This document shows positions 1-9,907 of a stretch of 64,000 bases of DNA, piece after piece. Under the pieces are notes generated by a model, which made no database searches, had not been told where the DNA came from, and saw only the letters and a program-made list of their open reading frames with translations. The position numbers and the translations under genes are program-made. This DNA comes from Escherichia phage Baret. Numbering within the stretch: position 1 is the first letter of the stretch; the number at the start of each line of letters is the position of its first letter. The DNA lies in the sequence record OR896834.1; one strand, 5' to 3'.

Positions 1-668
1 TTTAATGTTCCAGATAGCCCAATCTTATAGCGAGCACATGATATTTCTAGGAAGTTAGTGAAAGTTGTAGCCACACAATGGTGAACTTCATCAACTATAA
101 CAGTACCGAATACTTTAGAAAGATTATTCGCATGTTTATTCACTGTTTGAATATTACTGACCACAATTGGTGGATCAATATTGTATTTCCCAGAACCTAT
201 TATACCGGGTTCAAACCCAAACCATTTACGAACTTCTGCTGCCCACATCTCACGAATAGATGTATTTGTACAGATTACCAAAGTTTTCTGGCCAAATTTA
301 TACGCAAGTGCAAGGGCTAGGATAGTTTTACCAAATCCAGGTTTACCATTAATAATACAGGTATCGTCACATTCTTCATATATTGGAAGCTGATCTTCTT
401 CACGCAGCTTGAACTTAGGTTCTGGTATAGCTACCGGAGCTAATGTGCGTTTATCTACTAATTCGTATTTTACTCCTTTAGCATCTAGTAAGTCCAGACG
501 CGTAATAGGAATCCACTTAATCTCTTTGGCAACAACACCACTATTCTTGTACATAATAGGGTATTTACTAGTCATTGTCTCTATGTGATAAGTGGTTTGC
601 TTGCTACAATAATCCCAAAGTTCATCATCGGGCTTGAAATAGGCTTTATTAGATATAACAACTTTCAT
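1..668 (-). CDS. SF2 DNA helicase, N-terminal portion (gene continues beyond window start)
   Basis: Minus-strand ORF open to position 1; ATG at 668-666; Walker A NGKPGFGKT and DEVH box (IVDEVHH) in translation; ATGA start/stop overlap with upstream ORF. Confidence 0.7.
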   Translation of the reverse strand, partial: MKVVISNKAYFKPDDELWDYCSKQTTYHIETMTSKYPIMYKNSGVVAKEIKWIPITRLDLLDAKGVKYELVDKRTLAPVAIPEPKFKLREEDQLPIYEECDDTCIINGKPGFGKTILALALAYKFGQKTLVICTNTSIREMWAAEVRKWFGFEPGIIGSGKYNIDPPIVVSNIQTVNKHANNLSKVFGTVIVDEVHHCVATTFTNFLEISCARYKIGLSGTL

Positions 669-1165
669 AATTTTATTCTAAGTCTAGGAATTTCAGGCTC
701 CTCTTGATGGACTTGATAAATAACAGGGCTATTATTTACCAGAATATAGCTTATATAAGCTGGAACATAGGATAATACAAATGGATATGGAACTTTAGCC
801 ACATAGCATTGGTATTTTCCATTATAAATTCTAGCTGAATGCAAAACTTTAGAGGTGACAACATCATAGAACGTAGTTTTCTTCCAATTAATAAGATTTC
901 CATCAGAATCTATAAATTGGTTACGCTTTGACCCCACTAATTGAGACAACATTGATATTCTACCCCTAATAGGATAGAGCTTGTATGGTAATTCTTTCCG
1001 TTTCTCAAATAGAATAAGCCTACGTTGAGAAAACGTGCCAGGCAACTTCCTGTTATCTAGCACATATTTATTATATCTTGTTGTAATTACGGAATAATCA
1101 CCTTCTTGCTCAATTGATACAAATGCCCGTAACGCATAGACGGGCAATTTGAAATTAAGCACCAA
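665..1165 (-). CDS. hypothetical protein (166 aa) between polymerase and helicase
   Basis: Track ORF; overlaps polymerase stop and helicase start (translational coupling); no recognisable motif. Confidence 0.5.
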   Translation of the reverse strand: MVLNFKLPVYALRAFVSIEQEGDYSVITTRYNKYVLDNRKLPGTFSQRRLILFEKRKELPYKLYPIRGRISMLSQLVGSKRNQFIDSDGNLINWKKTTFYDVVTSKVLHSARIYNGKYQCYVAKVPYPFVLSYVPAYISYILVNNSPVIYQVHQEEPEIPRLRIKL

Positions 1166-3722
1166 GAATCCTTTTCACGTTATCCAGATCTTTACATACA
1201 GCAATAAACTTATCATCCTTGTACTTGCTATGATCTGGATGCTCTTTATCCATTGCAGCTAGTTTCTTATACTCGAACTCTGCATCAAGTAATACACCCT
1301 TGACATAACGAGTATATTCATCATCATCAATACAAGCGATTGATGGATGCTGTTTCTTCATCTTACCACAGGAGTAGTCACGAGAACCCCCAGCCTCAGA
1401 ATCAGAATCAATACCAATCGGACAGCCAGGGATACTGATACCACGGTCTTTCTGAATATTACGAATCAGGATTTCATTGTATTGGTCGATCAAATCCTCA
1501 CGAACAATAGCAACTACGGAGTCATGAACCAGCATAACAATCTTCATCTCTTGTTCTAGGCCAAGAGAAATGATCTCATTATCTGCATCTACCGCACCTA
1601 AAAGGAGGCTATCAGAAGAAGCAGACTGAATGATTGCGTTAAATCCAGAACGGATTTCTTCACCCTGAACACCACGGTCTTCGGAGTGGATATTATGCAG
1701 ACGACGTTTACGACCAAAGTGACTATAGATAAATCCATGATTCTTGATCTGATCGTGGCACTTATCAATCCAACGCTTAAGCTGCGGGAACTGACCGAAG
1801 TAAGTTTCAATGTACTCTTTAGCATCTGCAACAGTACACTCTACAAACGGTTCGCCTGTCTTAGCAGCCTGTTCCAGAAGAGCTTCGTTAACAGAATGAG
1901 CTACTTTAGCTGGGCCAGAACCATACAGAATACCAAAGGTGATTGCTTTAGCTGCTTGACGCAGAGCTGGGAATAACTTTTTAACATCACGAGGTTCGCA
2001 TTGGAGCTTAAATACCATGTGTGCGATGTTAGAGTGGAAGTCAGGGTATTTATCAGGTTCATTTCTCATGTTGATAAATACCTGTTGCATATTTCTATCA
2101 CCAGATAGAACAGCAGCATAATAAACTTCCGCAGTTGTTAAGTCCCATGCGATTACACGGTATCCAGGTGGTGCAACCACACAACCCTTGATAATAGATT
2201 CATCACGAGGTAACTGTTGCAGGTTCAGTTTACCAGAAGAACTCAGACGACCAGAAGTAGTCATGTGTTCGTGGAAGCCAGTACGAATGCAACCATCAGC
2301 ATCAATGCTCAGAAGAATCTTCTCAACGTAAGTAGAGATCAGCTTAGTCAGCTTACGAATCTCTAGTAGAGTCTTAGCAATTGGATGCTGCGTAGCCAGT
2401 TCATTCAGAGCTTCTGCATCTGTAGAGTCTGCCCCAGTATCCGTCAATTTACCTGTTGGAGTTAAGCCAACATAATCAAACAGAAGAACACGCAGTTGCT
2501 TAACAGAGTTTGGGTTAAACGCCTCGTTCTGGTCTTTTTCTAGCTGAACGACTTCTGGATAAGTATACAGTTTCTCACGAGCCTTATTCAGATTATGGGT
2601 TAACTGGTACTGAGCTTCTTTTAAACGATCAATAGAAATAGGTACACCACGATCCTCAACACGCTGGAGAAATACACAACCAGGCATTAGGACATCATAA
2701 TACAGACTGCAAAGTTTTTCATTCTTCTCAATTTTTGGTAAGAAGAAGTTGTGCAAACGTATGGTGGCATCGGTATCTTTTGCAGCGTAAGGCCACATAA
2801 TATCAAACGGAATTAAATCATAGGTGAAATCTTCTTTCTTGATTTTATGTGCTTTGCAGTAATCCTCCTTGAACTTATCTAGTTCAAAGTCATAGTCGCC
2901 CATATCGGTATACTTCATTGCTAGAGATTTCAAGCCATGAGTACCACGACGCTCATCTAGAACATAATGCTGCAACATGGTATCATGGAGCCTGCGTTCT
3001 TTATGTGCTTTATCAAAAGTAAGTCCCAGATGGTACTTATAAAAGTGCATATCAAACTTCAAGTTGTGAAAAACAATAGTGTGGTTTTCACTATCCAGAA
3101 TTTTCTGGAGATAATATACTGCAACCTCTGTGAGACAATCAGAATCGATATATACACCCTGATACTCTTGGTGAGACATAGAAACACCAAGCAGATAACC
3201 ATCTCGACAGTATAGTGCTGAGGTTTCGGAGTCGAATGCGACAGGTCCGATAACCATATTATACACCATCTTGATATATTCTTCCGCCTCGTCAGGGTCA
3301 GTAATAGGACGGTAATCACCAGCTTTTGCAATCTTCTCACGACCATTGATAATATCGTGGATATTCTCTACTGTTGCATCGAAAACTGGTTTCATTTCAG
3401 GCTTAAAGTGTAACTGGGCTGGGCTGATACTCGCAATCCAGTTAGCATATCCATTATACTCTACACGTTTACCAGTATAGTCACCAATGCCTTTCTTACC
3501 TGCAAAGTACAGGAAAGGCTCGGCACCTACCAGTATAACAAAATCATAATCATTCGGGTCAAATGGGTTTTCCGGAGTCCCGATAGTAATATGCTTTTTG
3601 AGCAAACGACCGGATAACTTCTCGTTACACATATGGAATACATCAACTTCCTCGCCGTATAGCTGGAAATGTTTATCATAACGAGTGTTATTTAGAGCTT
3701 TATCAACTACTGCTATTTTCAA
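1155..3722 (-). CDS. DNA polymerase, family A with 3'-5' exonuclease domain (855 aa)
   Basis: Exo motifs FDSETSALY, HNLKFD, YAAKDTD; pol motifs DLTTAEV, RQAAKAITFGILYG, LVHDS; AGGAG RBS upstream of ATG at 3722; length matches T5 polymerase. Confidence 0.93.
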   Translation of the reverse strand: MKIAVVDKALNNTRYDKHFQLYGEEVDVFHMCNEKLSGRLLKKHITIGTPENPFDPNDYDFVILVGAEPFLYFAGKKGIGDYTGKRVEYNGYANWIASISPAQLHFKPEMKPVFDATVENIHDIINGREKIAKAGDYRPITDPDEAEEYIKMVYNMVIGPVAFDSETSALYCRDGYLLGVSMSHQEYQGVYIDSDCLTEVAVYYLQKILDSENHTIVFHNLKFDMHFYKYHLGLTFDKAHKERRLHDTMLQHYVLDERRGTHGLKSLAMKYTDMGDYDFELDKFKEDYCKAHKIKKEDFTYDLIPFDIMWPYAAKDTDATIRLHNFFLPKIEKNEKLCSLYYDVLMPGCVFLQRVEDRGVPISIDRLKEAQYQLTHNLNKAREKLYTYPEVVQLEKDQNEAFNPNSVKQLRVLLFDYVGLTPTGKLTDTGADSTDAEALNELATQHPIAKTLLEIRKLTKLISTYVEKILLSIDADGCIRTGFHEHMTTSGRLSSSGKLNLQQLPRDESIIKGCVVAPPGYRVIAWDLTTAEVYYAAVLSGDRNMQQVFINMRNEPDKYPDFHSNIAHMVFKLQCEPRDVKKLFPALRQAAKAITFGILYGSGPAKVAHSVNEALLEQAAKTGEPFVECTVADAKEYIETYFGQFPQLKRWIDKCHDQIKNHGFIYSHFGRKRRLHNIHSEDRGVQGEEIRSGFNAIIQSASSDSLLLGAVDADNEIISLGLEQEMKIVMLVHDSVVAIVREDLIDQYNEILIRNIQKDRGISIPGCPIGIDSDSEAGGSRDYSCGKMKKQHPSIACIDDDEYTRYVKGVLLDAEFEYKKLAAMDKEHPDHSKYKDDKFIAVCKDLDNVKRILGA

Positions 3723-3784
3723 ATTTAATCTCCTCTTGGTAAGTAAGTATAACTTCAGTGTTTCTTCTCTAACTTACCAATATA

Positions 3785-4675
3785 TTATACCAAATCTTTA
3801 AGCGATTCAGCAACTAAAATTTCAATACGTTTTGCTAACATATCAATTTCATCTTTGTTTAAATCACCCGGATCTTTGCCTTCAGGCAGGAGAAAGTTAG
3901 CAACTACAGGTGTTAGACGCGTTTTTGTACGAATTAGCTTAGCCAATGCTTGTGCAGCTTTATTACCAGAAGCATCATTATCTAGTAAGATAACAACAAC
4001 TTTTACACCAGCAATAATATAAGGACTGAACTTATCTGCAATGTTATCTGAAGTGAACTGATGTGTACCAAAGCAGCAAGAAGCATAATCTATACCATTA
4101 TCCTCTAGGTTCAGCATATCAAAGATACCTTCAACTAGAATAAGAACTGGAGTATTATATCGTACAGGGAAAATCGGTGGTGAAACTTGTTTTGGTTTTA
4201 CTAAGTATTTAGGAGGGGCAGAACTGTTTATAGAACGACCCAAAAATAGGATATTGCGTCCAACAGCATCTGTGATTGGGAATACAATTCTGCCTTCCCA
4301 GTTCTCTTGGTGTTGGAAAGCAAAATATTTCTTCAAGGTCTTAGAACTGATACCTCGGAAATCACCTTCAAAAAGAAAGGCAGATTCTGGGATTGCAAGA
4401 TTCGTAGATCCATTTCTAATCTCAGAAATTTTTTTACGTACTTGGGATAGTCTTGGAGATTGTCTATATTGAGTCTCATTAAAATAATGATAAATACTAG
4501 GTATACCTTTGCCAAAACCGCAACTCAAGCAGTGCATAATCCCGGTTTCAGGATCAATACGCAAACTTGGGTGTTTATCCTCGTGTTCAGGATTAAGACA
4601 ACAGATTAAAATATCCCCACCAGTATCTTTATACTCAATTCCTTTAAGATCAAGTAATTCTGTTATTCTACTCAT
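3785..4675 (-). CDS. DNA primase (DnaG-like: CHC2 zinc finger + TOPRIM)
   Basis: CCLNPEHEDKHPSLRIDPETGIMHCLSCG zinc finger; TOPRIM LVEGIFDM...LLDNDASG...DPGD. Confidence 0.85.
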   Translation of the reverse strand: MSRITELLDLKGIEYKDTGGDILICCLNPEHEDKHPSLRIDPETGIMHCLSCGFGKGIPSIYHYFNETQYRQSPRLSQVRKKISEIRNGSTNLAIPESAFLFEGDFRGISSKTLKKYFAFQHQENWEGRIVFPITDAVGRNILFLGRSINSSAPPKYLVKPKQVSPPIFPVRYNTPVLILVEGIFDMLNLEDNGIDYASCCFGTHQFTSDNIADKFSPYIIAGVKVVVILLDNDASGNKAAQALAKLIRTKTRLTPVVANFLLPEGKDPGDLNKDEIDMLAKRIEILVAESLKDLV

Positions 4676-5205
4676 GAATTTATCTCCTCTAATGCAGGAT
4701 AATTAGACGGGTCGAATATTTCTTGAATAGCATTTTCCCCATGAAATTGTAATCGTAGCTTATTAATCTTATCTACTGCTGATTCTAAATTCTGGTACTC
4801 AAAATATCCACCGAATACTTTCTTTTTATTGGTATCTCTTAGTTGAACTTGCCATTTTTGCCGTTGTTTATTCCAACTAACTCCTATATACCCTGATTTA
4901 CTTTTAGCTGCTTTATTCCTACTATTCTCTTGGTGAGAAGAATCTTTAAGATTAACCCAACGATTATCACTTCGTATACGGTTTATATGGTCTACTTCTT
5001 CAGGTAAATAACCTTCCATATAGAGAAAAGCTAGTTGATGCGCATAGTAAGGCTTTCCATCTACCCATATACATATATAACCGTCTTTTCTTAAAGAGCC
5101 AGCTATACTACCAGCTTTCTGATTGCCTCTAGATACTTTTCTAGTAAACTCCCCAGTTTCTGGGGAGTAATCAAATAACTCTTTTAGCCTTTTCTGTGTT
5201 ATCAT
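4672..5205 (-). CDS. HNH homing endonuclease with AP2 DNA-binding domain
   Basis: HNH core HQLAFLYMEGYLPEEVDHINRIRSDNRWVNL; AP2-like SGYIGVSWNKQRQKWQVQLRDTNKKKVFGGYFEYQNLESA; overlaps both neighbours by 4 nt. Confidence 0.8.
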   Translation of the reverse strand: MITQKRLKELFDYSPETGEFTRKVSRGNQKAGSIAGSLRKDGYICIWVDGKPYYAHQLAFLYMEGYLPEEVDHINRIRSDNRWVNLKDSSHQENSRNKAAKSKSGYIGVSWNKQRQKWQVQLRDTNKKKVFGGYFEYQNLESAVDKINKLRLQFHGENAIQEIFDPSNYPALEEINS

Positions 5206-6674
5206 ATATCGCTGGCCTGTTCACCTGTTGAATTTTCAGCTTTGTCTTTCTTAGCACGTTTAGATTGAGCCGGCTTATCCTTCTCAATAGGGATAACGAA
5301 CTCAGCTTCCATTTGAGATATATCTTCCATTGCTAGGTTGGTAGTGTTATCCATCCGCAGGGTTTCCCAGTTCATTTTAGGCATAAACTTCACGCTATCA
5401 GAAGAACGAGTCTTAACGAAGTCAAACATAATAGCACCTTGACCATTATCAGCTTTTGCAGCATTAAGATTAGCAGCCATGTCTGCGGAATCAAGAATCC
5501 CCTTTGACATACGTGTTCTACCATCTTGATCGATCTGGTAAGGAGCTACACCAGCTACGTTATGTTTCTGGCAGATAGATTTGAAAGACGAGCTAACAAC
5601 CATCTGTTCTTTCCAGTCATACATATCAATGGTTTTAGAGTCTGGGAGTCGGGTTTGGTTAATATAGTCCAGTAAAGCTACTGTAACTTTATCACCATAT
5701 CTAGCAACTAATTTATTTAATTCTACGTCAACTGTTGTAATGGACAGTTCAGGGTCATAAACGATAATCATAGGAGTATGTAGTTCATACCCTTCTATTA
5801 GTTTACTCTCCATATCGTAGAAATCACTCATCTTAGCCATTGTGTACTGTTTAACGAAGTTATCGAAAAGCTCTTCACCGCCATTAAACATCCTAGCTCT
5901 AGTTCTGGCTAATCTCAACAGAGCTGCACCTTCTAGAGTATTATTACGCATTGCTAGTGCTGATACACCAGCTAACATGGCTAGATTACGTCTAAATACT
6001 TCATGTTCTTTCATCTCAATTGAGAAGTATGGAGCAATATCTCCATTCAAATATTGCTGAACCTGTATGTTTGAACAGATAATGGATTTACCAGTACCAC
6101 GCCAACCACCAAGCAGTAACGTTTCTGTGCGAGCTAAACCAATTTGAGCGTCGAACTCATTACAAATACCAAGAGCGATTAAGTTCAGTTTGGTATCTTC
6201 TTCTCTCTGGAAAATACGCATGTTATCTGCGTTGAATACTTTTCCAGTATTCGTTACTTTCTCTTCTAATTTTAAGTGAAGGGAGGCAACTCGGTTGAGA
6301 ATTTCTCCCTGATCCAGCATTGTTAAATCTTGAAGCACGTCTGTTTCTAGAAGCTTCAGGAATAAATCCTGTGTATATTCAGCCTCTAGGACTTCAAGTG
6401 CCTGTTCCATGCTAACTTCTGGAATTTGAGTGTTAGCTAAAACGACTAGAGCTTGAGAAAGGCGGGCGTTCCTATTAGCCTCAAGCATCAGTGCGTCAAT
6501 GGACGGCATTGTGTTATATTTTTTATAATAATTCTGGACGGCTTGGTAAATTGAGGAGAAAGCGTCATTAAAATGATCTTTATGCAGTTTTGAGAATGTT
6601 TCCAATGCTATTTGCTTCTGTTCGGAAGCTAGAAGCATCTTCAACACTACAGCTTGCACGTTAAACAAGGTCAT
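5202..6674 (-). CDS. DnaB-like replicative helicase / P-loop ATPase
   Basis: Walker A GGWRGTGKS; start moved to internal ATG (MTLFNV) preceded by AAGGAG; track's longer ORF (to 6725) would overlap an upstream terminator hairpin. Confidence 0.7.
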   Translation of the reverse strand: MTLFNVQAVVLKMLLASEQKQIALETFSKLHKDHFNDAFSSIYQAVQNYYKKYNTMPSIDALMLEANRNARLSQALVVLANTQIPEVSMEQALEVLEAEYTQDLFLKLLETDVLQDLTMLDQGEILNRVASLHLKLEEKVTNTGKVFNADNMRIFQREEDTKLNLIALGICNEFDAQIGLARTETLLLGGWRGTGKSIICSNIQVQQYLNGDIAPYFSIEMKEHEVFRRNLAMLAGVSALAMRNNTLEGAALLRLARTRARMFNGGEELFDNFVKQYTMAKMSDFYDMESKLIEGYELHTPMIIVYDPELSITTVDVELNKLVARYGDKVTVALLDYINQTRLPDSKTIDMYDWKEQMVVSSSFKSICQKHNVAGVAPYQIDQDGRTRMSKGILDSADMAANLNAAKADNGQGAIMFDFVKTRSSDSVKFMPKMNWETLRMDNTTNLAMEDISQMEAEFVIPIEKDKPAQSKRAKKDKAENSTGEQASDI

Positions 6675-6707
6675 TCTCCTTTGCACGCTTTCGTGCCTTC
6701 TAAATGC

Positions 6708-6739
6708 AAAAAGGGGAAGGAGCATAGCCCCCTCCCCTT
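6708..6739 (-). terminator. Rho-independent terminator-like hairpin
   Basis: AAGGGGA/TCCCCTT stem with T-rich tract on minus strand, directly downstream of the 6757 stop. Confidence 0.45.
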
Positions 6740-6756
6740 AGGTTTAATTTACCAGA

Positions 6757-7524
6757 TTATTCAGCAGCCGCAGCTTTTGCATCCAGTTTAGCACGCTTAG
6801 CGGCACCATCATAGTCCTTAGCAACCAGACCACGACGAGACAACATAGATTTAACACCACGCTCAGACTTACCAGTTTTCTCAGCGATCTCAGCAACGGT
6901 CATGTTAACCAGATCCAGACCTTCTAGCAGATCTTCACGAGTTTTAGCACTTGAAGTTTCCTGTACCGGCATAGCAGCGATACGACCTTCACGAAGCAGG
7001 CTCAGAGCTTTACCACGGATCTGCTTGATATTACGACCGAAGTGAGCAGCGATAGCTTCAATAGTAGCTCCAGCAACAACCTGATTAACAAAATCGGTTT
7101 CTTCATCAGGAGTGAAGGAACGAACAGCAGCAGCTTTTTCAGTTGGTTTAACAGAGGCGGTCATTTCCAGACTCAGGATCTTACCCTGTACCTGCTTAGC
7201 ACCAAATTGACCACCAGCTACAGCAGCAGCGATTTCAGCATAAGTATACTGACCAGCATGAGCGTTCAGGAAATCAACCAGTTCAGCTTCCTGCTCAGGA
7301 GTCCATGGGGATTTCTGTACTTCGTTAGCTTTCTGTACTTCAAAACCTTCTTTACGCAGTTTAGAGCCAACAGAGCGAGCAGTAACATCTTTGCCAGTTT
7401 CAGCAGCCAGTTCAGCAGCAATAGCAGCTACTTGTTCTTGAGAGATTACAGAAACACCCAGAGCGGTGGCTTTTGCTTTCAGAGACTCGGTTACACCTTC
7501 TACGTTCCAGTTCAGTTTAGACAT
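6757..7524 (-). CDS. Ala-rich putative dsDNA-binding protein (possibly T5 D5-like)
   Basis: 255 aa, Ala/Gly/Lys rich, repeated helix-turn-helix-like segments; GC-rich codon usage unlike neighbours; position between ligase and helicase. Confidence 0.35.
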   Translation of the reverse strand: MSKLNWNVEGVTESLKAKATALGVSVISQEQVAAIAAELAAETGKDVTARSVGSKLRKEGFEVQKANEVQKSPWTPEQEAELVDFLNAHAGQYTYAEIAAAVAGGQFGAKQVQGKILSLEMTASVKPTEKAAAVRSFTPDEETDFVNQVVAGATIEAIAAHFGRNIKQIRGKALSLLREGRIAAMPVQETSSAKTREDLLEGLDLVNMTVAEIAEKTGKSERGVKSMLSRRGLVAKDYDGAAKRAKLDAKAAAAE

Positions 7525-8290
7525 TATTATTTTTCTCCAATAGTTCTTTAATCGACAGGATTTCTATCCCATTCGTTTCGGCTTTCTTATAAGATGAGGA
7601 AGAACGCTTCGATTCATCCTCACAGATTAGGTATTTGACGTCTTTGGTAACGGATTTCTTAACCGTGTATCCTAGACCTTCTAAATAGTTTGTTGCATCC
7701 GTTCGGTTTGCAAAGTCTTGCAAAGATCCGGTAATACATACCGCGATTCCATTTGGCTGGGCAACTAAATCATCAGTAACGACGGTTTTAGCTTTAGCAC
7801 CAGTTGAGAATTTCCACGGTAATTCGATAACATCCTTGCCTTGTGGGGAATTTAGCCAGGCTTTATAGTTTTCTCCAGCCTTGCCGTCAGCCTTCACATC
7901 GTGAAAGCCAGTGCAATTTTGGGATAATTTCTTTGCTGCAACCTCTCCAATTAGAGGGATTCCTAAAGAACCGAGAACTGAACCAAAGTCAATGTCTCCG
8001 CGAACTTTAGTATTTAATTCGCTAATTAACTTAGCGGCAACCTTGCTACCCACGGCTCTAACCAAATCTTCTTCGGTTAGGTAAAATAGTTCTGAAATCT
8101 TCGTCAGCTCCAGCTTCTCAATAGTTTTCGGGCCAAAGCCCTTTAACTTCATTTTTGTACAGAAGTTCTCAATTAACTTACTTGATTGCGCTGGACAGTT
8201 GGACTTATTCCGACAGAATAATTGTCCGTTGACAAGATCTAGCTTAGAACCACAAGAGGGACATTGTGTTGGAATTTCGATTTTCATCAA
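7517..8290 (-). CDS. NAD-dependent DNA ligase, C-terminal half (Zn finger, HhH, BRCT)
   Basis: CPSCGSKL...CRNKSNC zinc finger; BRCT-like CITGSL...YLICED; separate ORF from the adenylation half. Confidence 0.8.
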   Translation of the reverse strand: MMKIEIPTQCPSCGSKLDLVNGQLFCRNKSNCPAQSSKLIENFCTKMKLKGFGPKTIEKLELTKISELFYLTEEDLVRAVGSKVAAKLISELNTKVRGDIDFGSVLGSLGIPLIGEVAAKKLSQNCTGFHDVKADGKAGENYKAWLNSPQGKDVIELPWKFSTGAKAKTVVTDDLVAQPNGIAVCITGSLQDFANRTDATNYLEGLGYTVKKSVTKDVKYLICEDESKRSSSSYKKAETNGIEILSIKELLEKNNNV

Positions 8291-8317
8291 ATTTCTTCCT
8301 TATCAATTTATATAAAT

Positions 8318-8346
8318 ATTATAGCAAGTATTTAAGCATTTAGCAA
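8318..8346 (-). promoter_or_regulatory. sigma70 promoter (TTGCTA-17-TATAAT) for ligase C-terminal gene
   Basis: Minus strand reads ttgcta...17 nt...tataat followed by atttatataaattgataagg and ATG. Confidence 0.7.
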
Positions 8347-8489
8347 CTACAATTTTAACTAACTTTGCTTACCCTCGCCATAACTTTCTATCCCTCAACT
8401 GAATGATAATAGTATATACCTAAGCGGCGAAAATGTCAATAACCACTTTATAATTCCGATATGGTAGATGGGTAGCAAAGGGTTATGTA

Positions 8490-9461
8490 TTAATCATATA
8501 CTCGCTCTACTATGCACGGGATTACACCACCAGCACGAATCACTCGAATCTGGCAACCGATCTCTAGATCAAGAGAGTTAATATAATCAACGTTATTAAG
8601 AGTCGCTTTAACAATTGTAGCATCATCAATAATTACCGGTTCGAAATAACCAACTGGAGTTACTTTACCAGAGGCCCCTACCTGCCACTCAACTTTAGTA
8701 AGAGTAGTAATCTCACCTTCTTCATCCTCTTTAATAGCGAATGCTCCACGAGGGAATTTATTAGTCCAGCCTTCTCGGAAGAATTTGTTGTTGTCATTAA
8801 TACGAACAACTTTACCATCCGTTGGAATCCACTTAAAGAAGGAACGCACATTAACAACTGTTAAGAAATCTTCATTCTCTAGCCAAAGCATATCTTTTAA
8901 ATACGTTTCTGTAATACCTACAGATTCAGCAGAACACTGGATACCATATGCAACGAAGATTAAACCACCTTCCCCTATACGTTGTACGAAATCATCGCTA
9001 TCTTTGAGGTTAATAGCACCAGAGGCAAAGTTACGTTTATTTTCTACTTCTTTTGTAATTAGAACTTCACCAGTGATTTGAGTAGGTACTTTTTGGGAAA
9101 TCTTTTGAGGGATGTTCAGCAATCTTACGTTGCTTGTGACATCATTCCCTAGAATACCATTACCACGAGTTAGTGCTTGAACAAATTCGCCATTAATATA
9201 TAACAGAGAAATCGCACAACCATCTAACTTATCAGTTTCTACCTGACCTAATGGGTTAAACGGAGGTTTATCTCCACGATTATAATAAACTTTCTGTAAA
9301 GAATACATACGATACAGATGTGGAATATCGCCCTTAGGCCCGATCTCTTCTTCTAACGGAAATCTTTTAATCAGACGATCATATTCTTCGTCAGAGATTA
9401 AAGACATTCCCTGGTAATATGCTTCTTGGCAACGTTTAATAAAGTCTTTTACATTAGTCAT
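8490..9461 (-). CDS. NAD-dependent DNA ligase, N-terminal adenylation + OB-fold half
   Basis: KxDG adenylation motif (ETDKLDGCAIS); domain order matches LigA N-terminus. Confidence 0.8.
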   Translation of the reverse strand: MTNVKDFIKRCQEAYYQGMSLISDEEYDRLIKRFPLEEEIGPKGDIPHLYRMYSLQKVYYNRGDKPPFNPLGQVETDKLDGCAISLLYINGEFVQALTRGNGILGNDVTSNVRLLNIPQKISQKVPTQITGEVLITKEVENKRNFASGAINLKDSDDFVQRIGEGGLIFVAYGIQCSAESVGITETYLKDMLWLENEDFLTVVNVRSFFKWIPTDGKVVRINDNNKFFREGWTNKFPRGAFAIKEDEEGEITTLTKVEWQVGASGKVTPVGYFEPVIIDDATIVKATLNNVDYINSLDLEIGCQIRVIRAGGVIPCIVERVYD

Positions 9462-9492
9462 TTATTTGTATCTCTCATTAATTTATATAAAT

Positions 9493-9521
9493 ATTATATA
9501 ACAAAACTGAGTTGAAAGCAA
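9493..9521 (-). promoter_or_regulatory. sigma70 promoter (TTGCTT-17-TATAAT)
   Basis: Minus strand ttgctttcaactcagttttgttatataatatttatataaatt. Confidence 0.65.
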
Positions 9522-9548
9522 ATACATTTATAAAGAAAAAGCCAAGAA

Positions 9549-9857
9549 CTAGGCATTCTTGGCTTTGAGTTCTTCAGCTCGTTTCTGTACTTCATGTAAA
9601 ACCTCAGATTCGCTAAGAATCTGTGTAAACGCATAGAAAAGCTGCGATGTTGTTTCTAGGGTGTAAGGAAAAGAGAAGCCAGATTTCGTTGGAAACCATT
9701 CATCATTAATATCAAGAAGCCAGTAACGAATACCCATGTATAGATTCCCACGAAATTCAGATACTGTTAATCTTACTTGTTCTCCCTCCTTCTCCCAGAG
9801 TATGATGGACTGGTCATCAACGTGTCCTTCATAGTTTTGATTTACCTGTTCGCTCAT
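9549..9857 (-). CDS. PC4/Sub1-like ssDNA-binding protein
   Basis: VRLTVSEFRGNLYMGIRYWLLDINDEWFPTKSGFSF matches the PC4 fold signature (SEF-G-Y-DIR...P-KKG-S); a PC4 homologue is known in T5. Confidence 0.6.
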   Translation of the reverse strand: MSEQVNQNYEGHVDDQSIILWEKEGEQVRLTVSEFRGNLYMGIRYWLLDINDEWFPTKSGFSFPYTLETTSQLFYAFTQILSESEVLHEVQKRAEELKAKNA

Positions 9858-9873
9858 TTACATATCCCAAATA

Positions 9874-9897
9874 CACAAAAAGCCCCATATAGGGGCT
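9874..9897 (-). terminator. Rho-independent terminator
   Basis: AGCCCC-atata-GGGGCT hairpin followed by TTTTTGT on minus strand. Confidence 0.6.
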
Positions 9898-9907
9898 AAT
9901 TGGTTTC

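Noticed and set aside
78-393. Plus-strand track ORFs 78-320 and 181-393
   Set aside because: They lie antisense to the minus-strand helicase ORF, which has Walker A and DEVH motifs; no RBS.
1347-3346. Track ORFs inside the polymerase gene on either strand
   Set aside because: Embedded in or antisense to the 855-aa polymerase ORF; low-complexity translations.
7042-7551. Plus-strand 169-aa ORF
   Set aside because: Antisense to the Ala-rich gene; Ser-rich translation is the reverse-complement artefact of an Ala-rich (GCN) coding strand.
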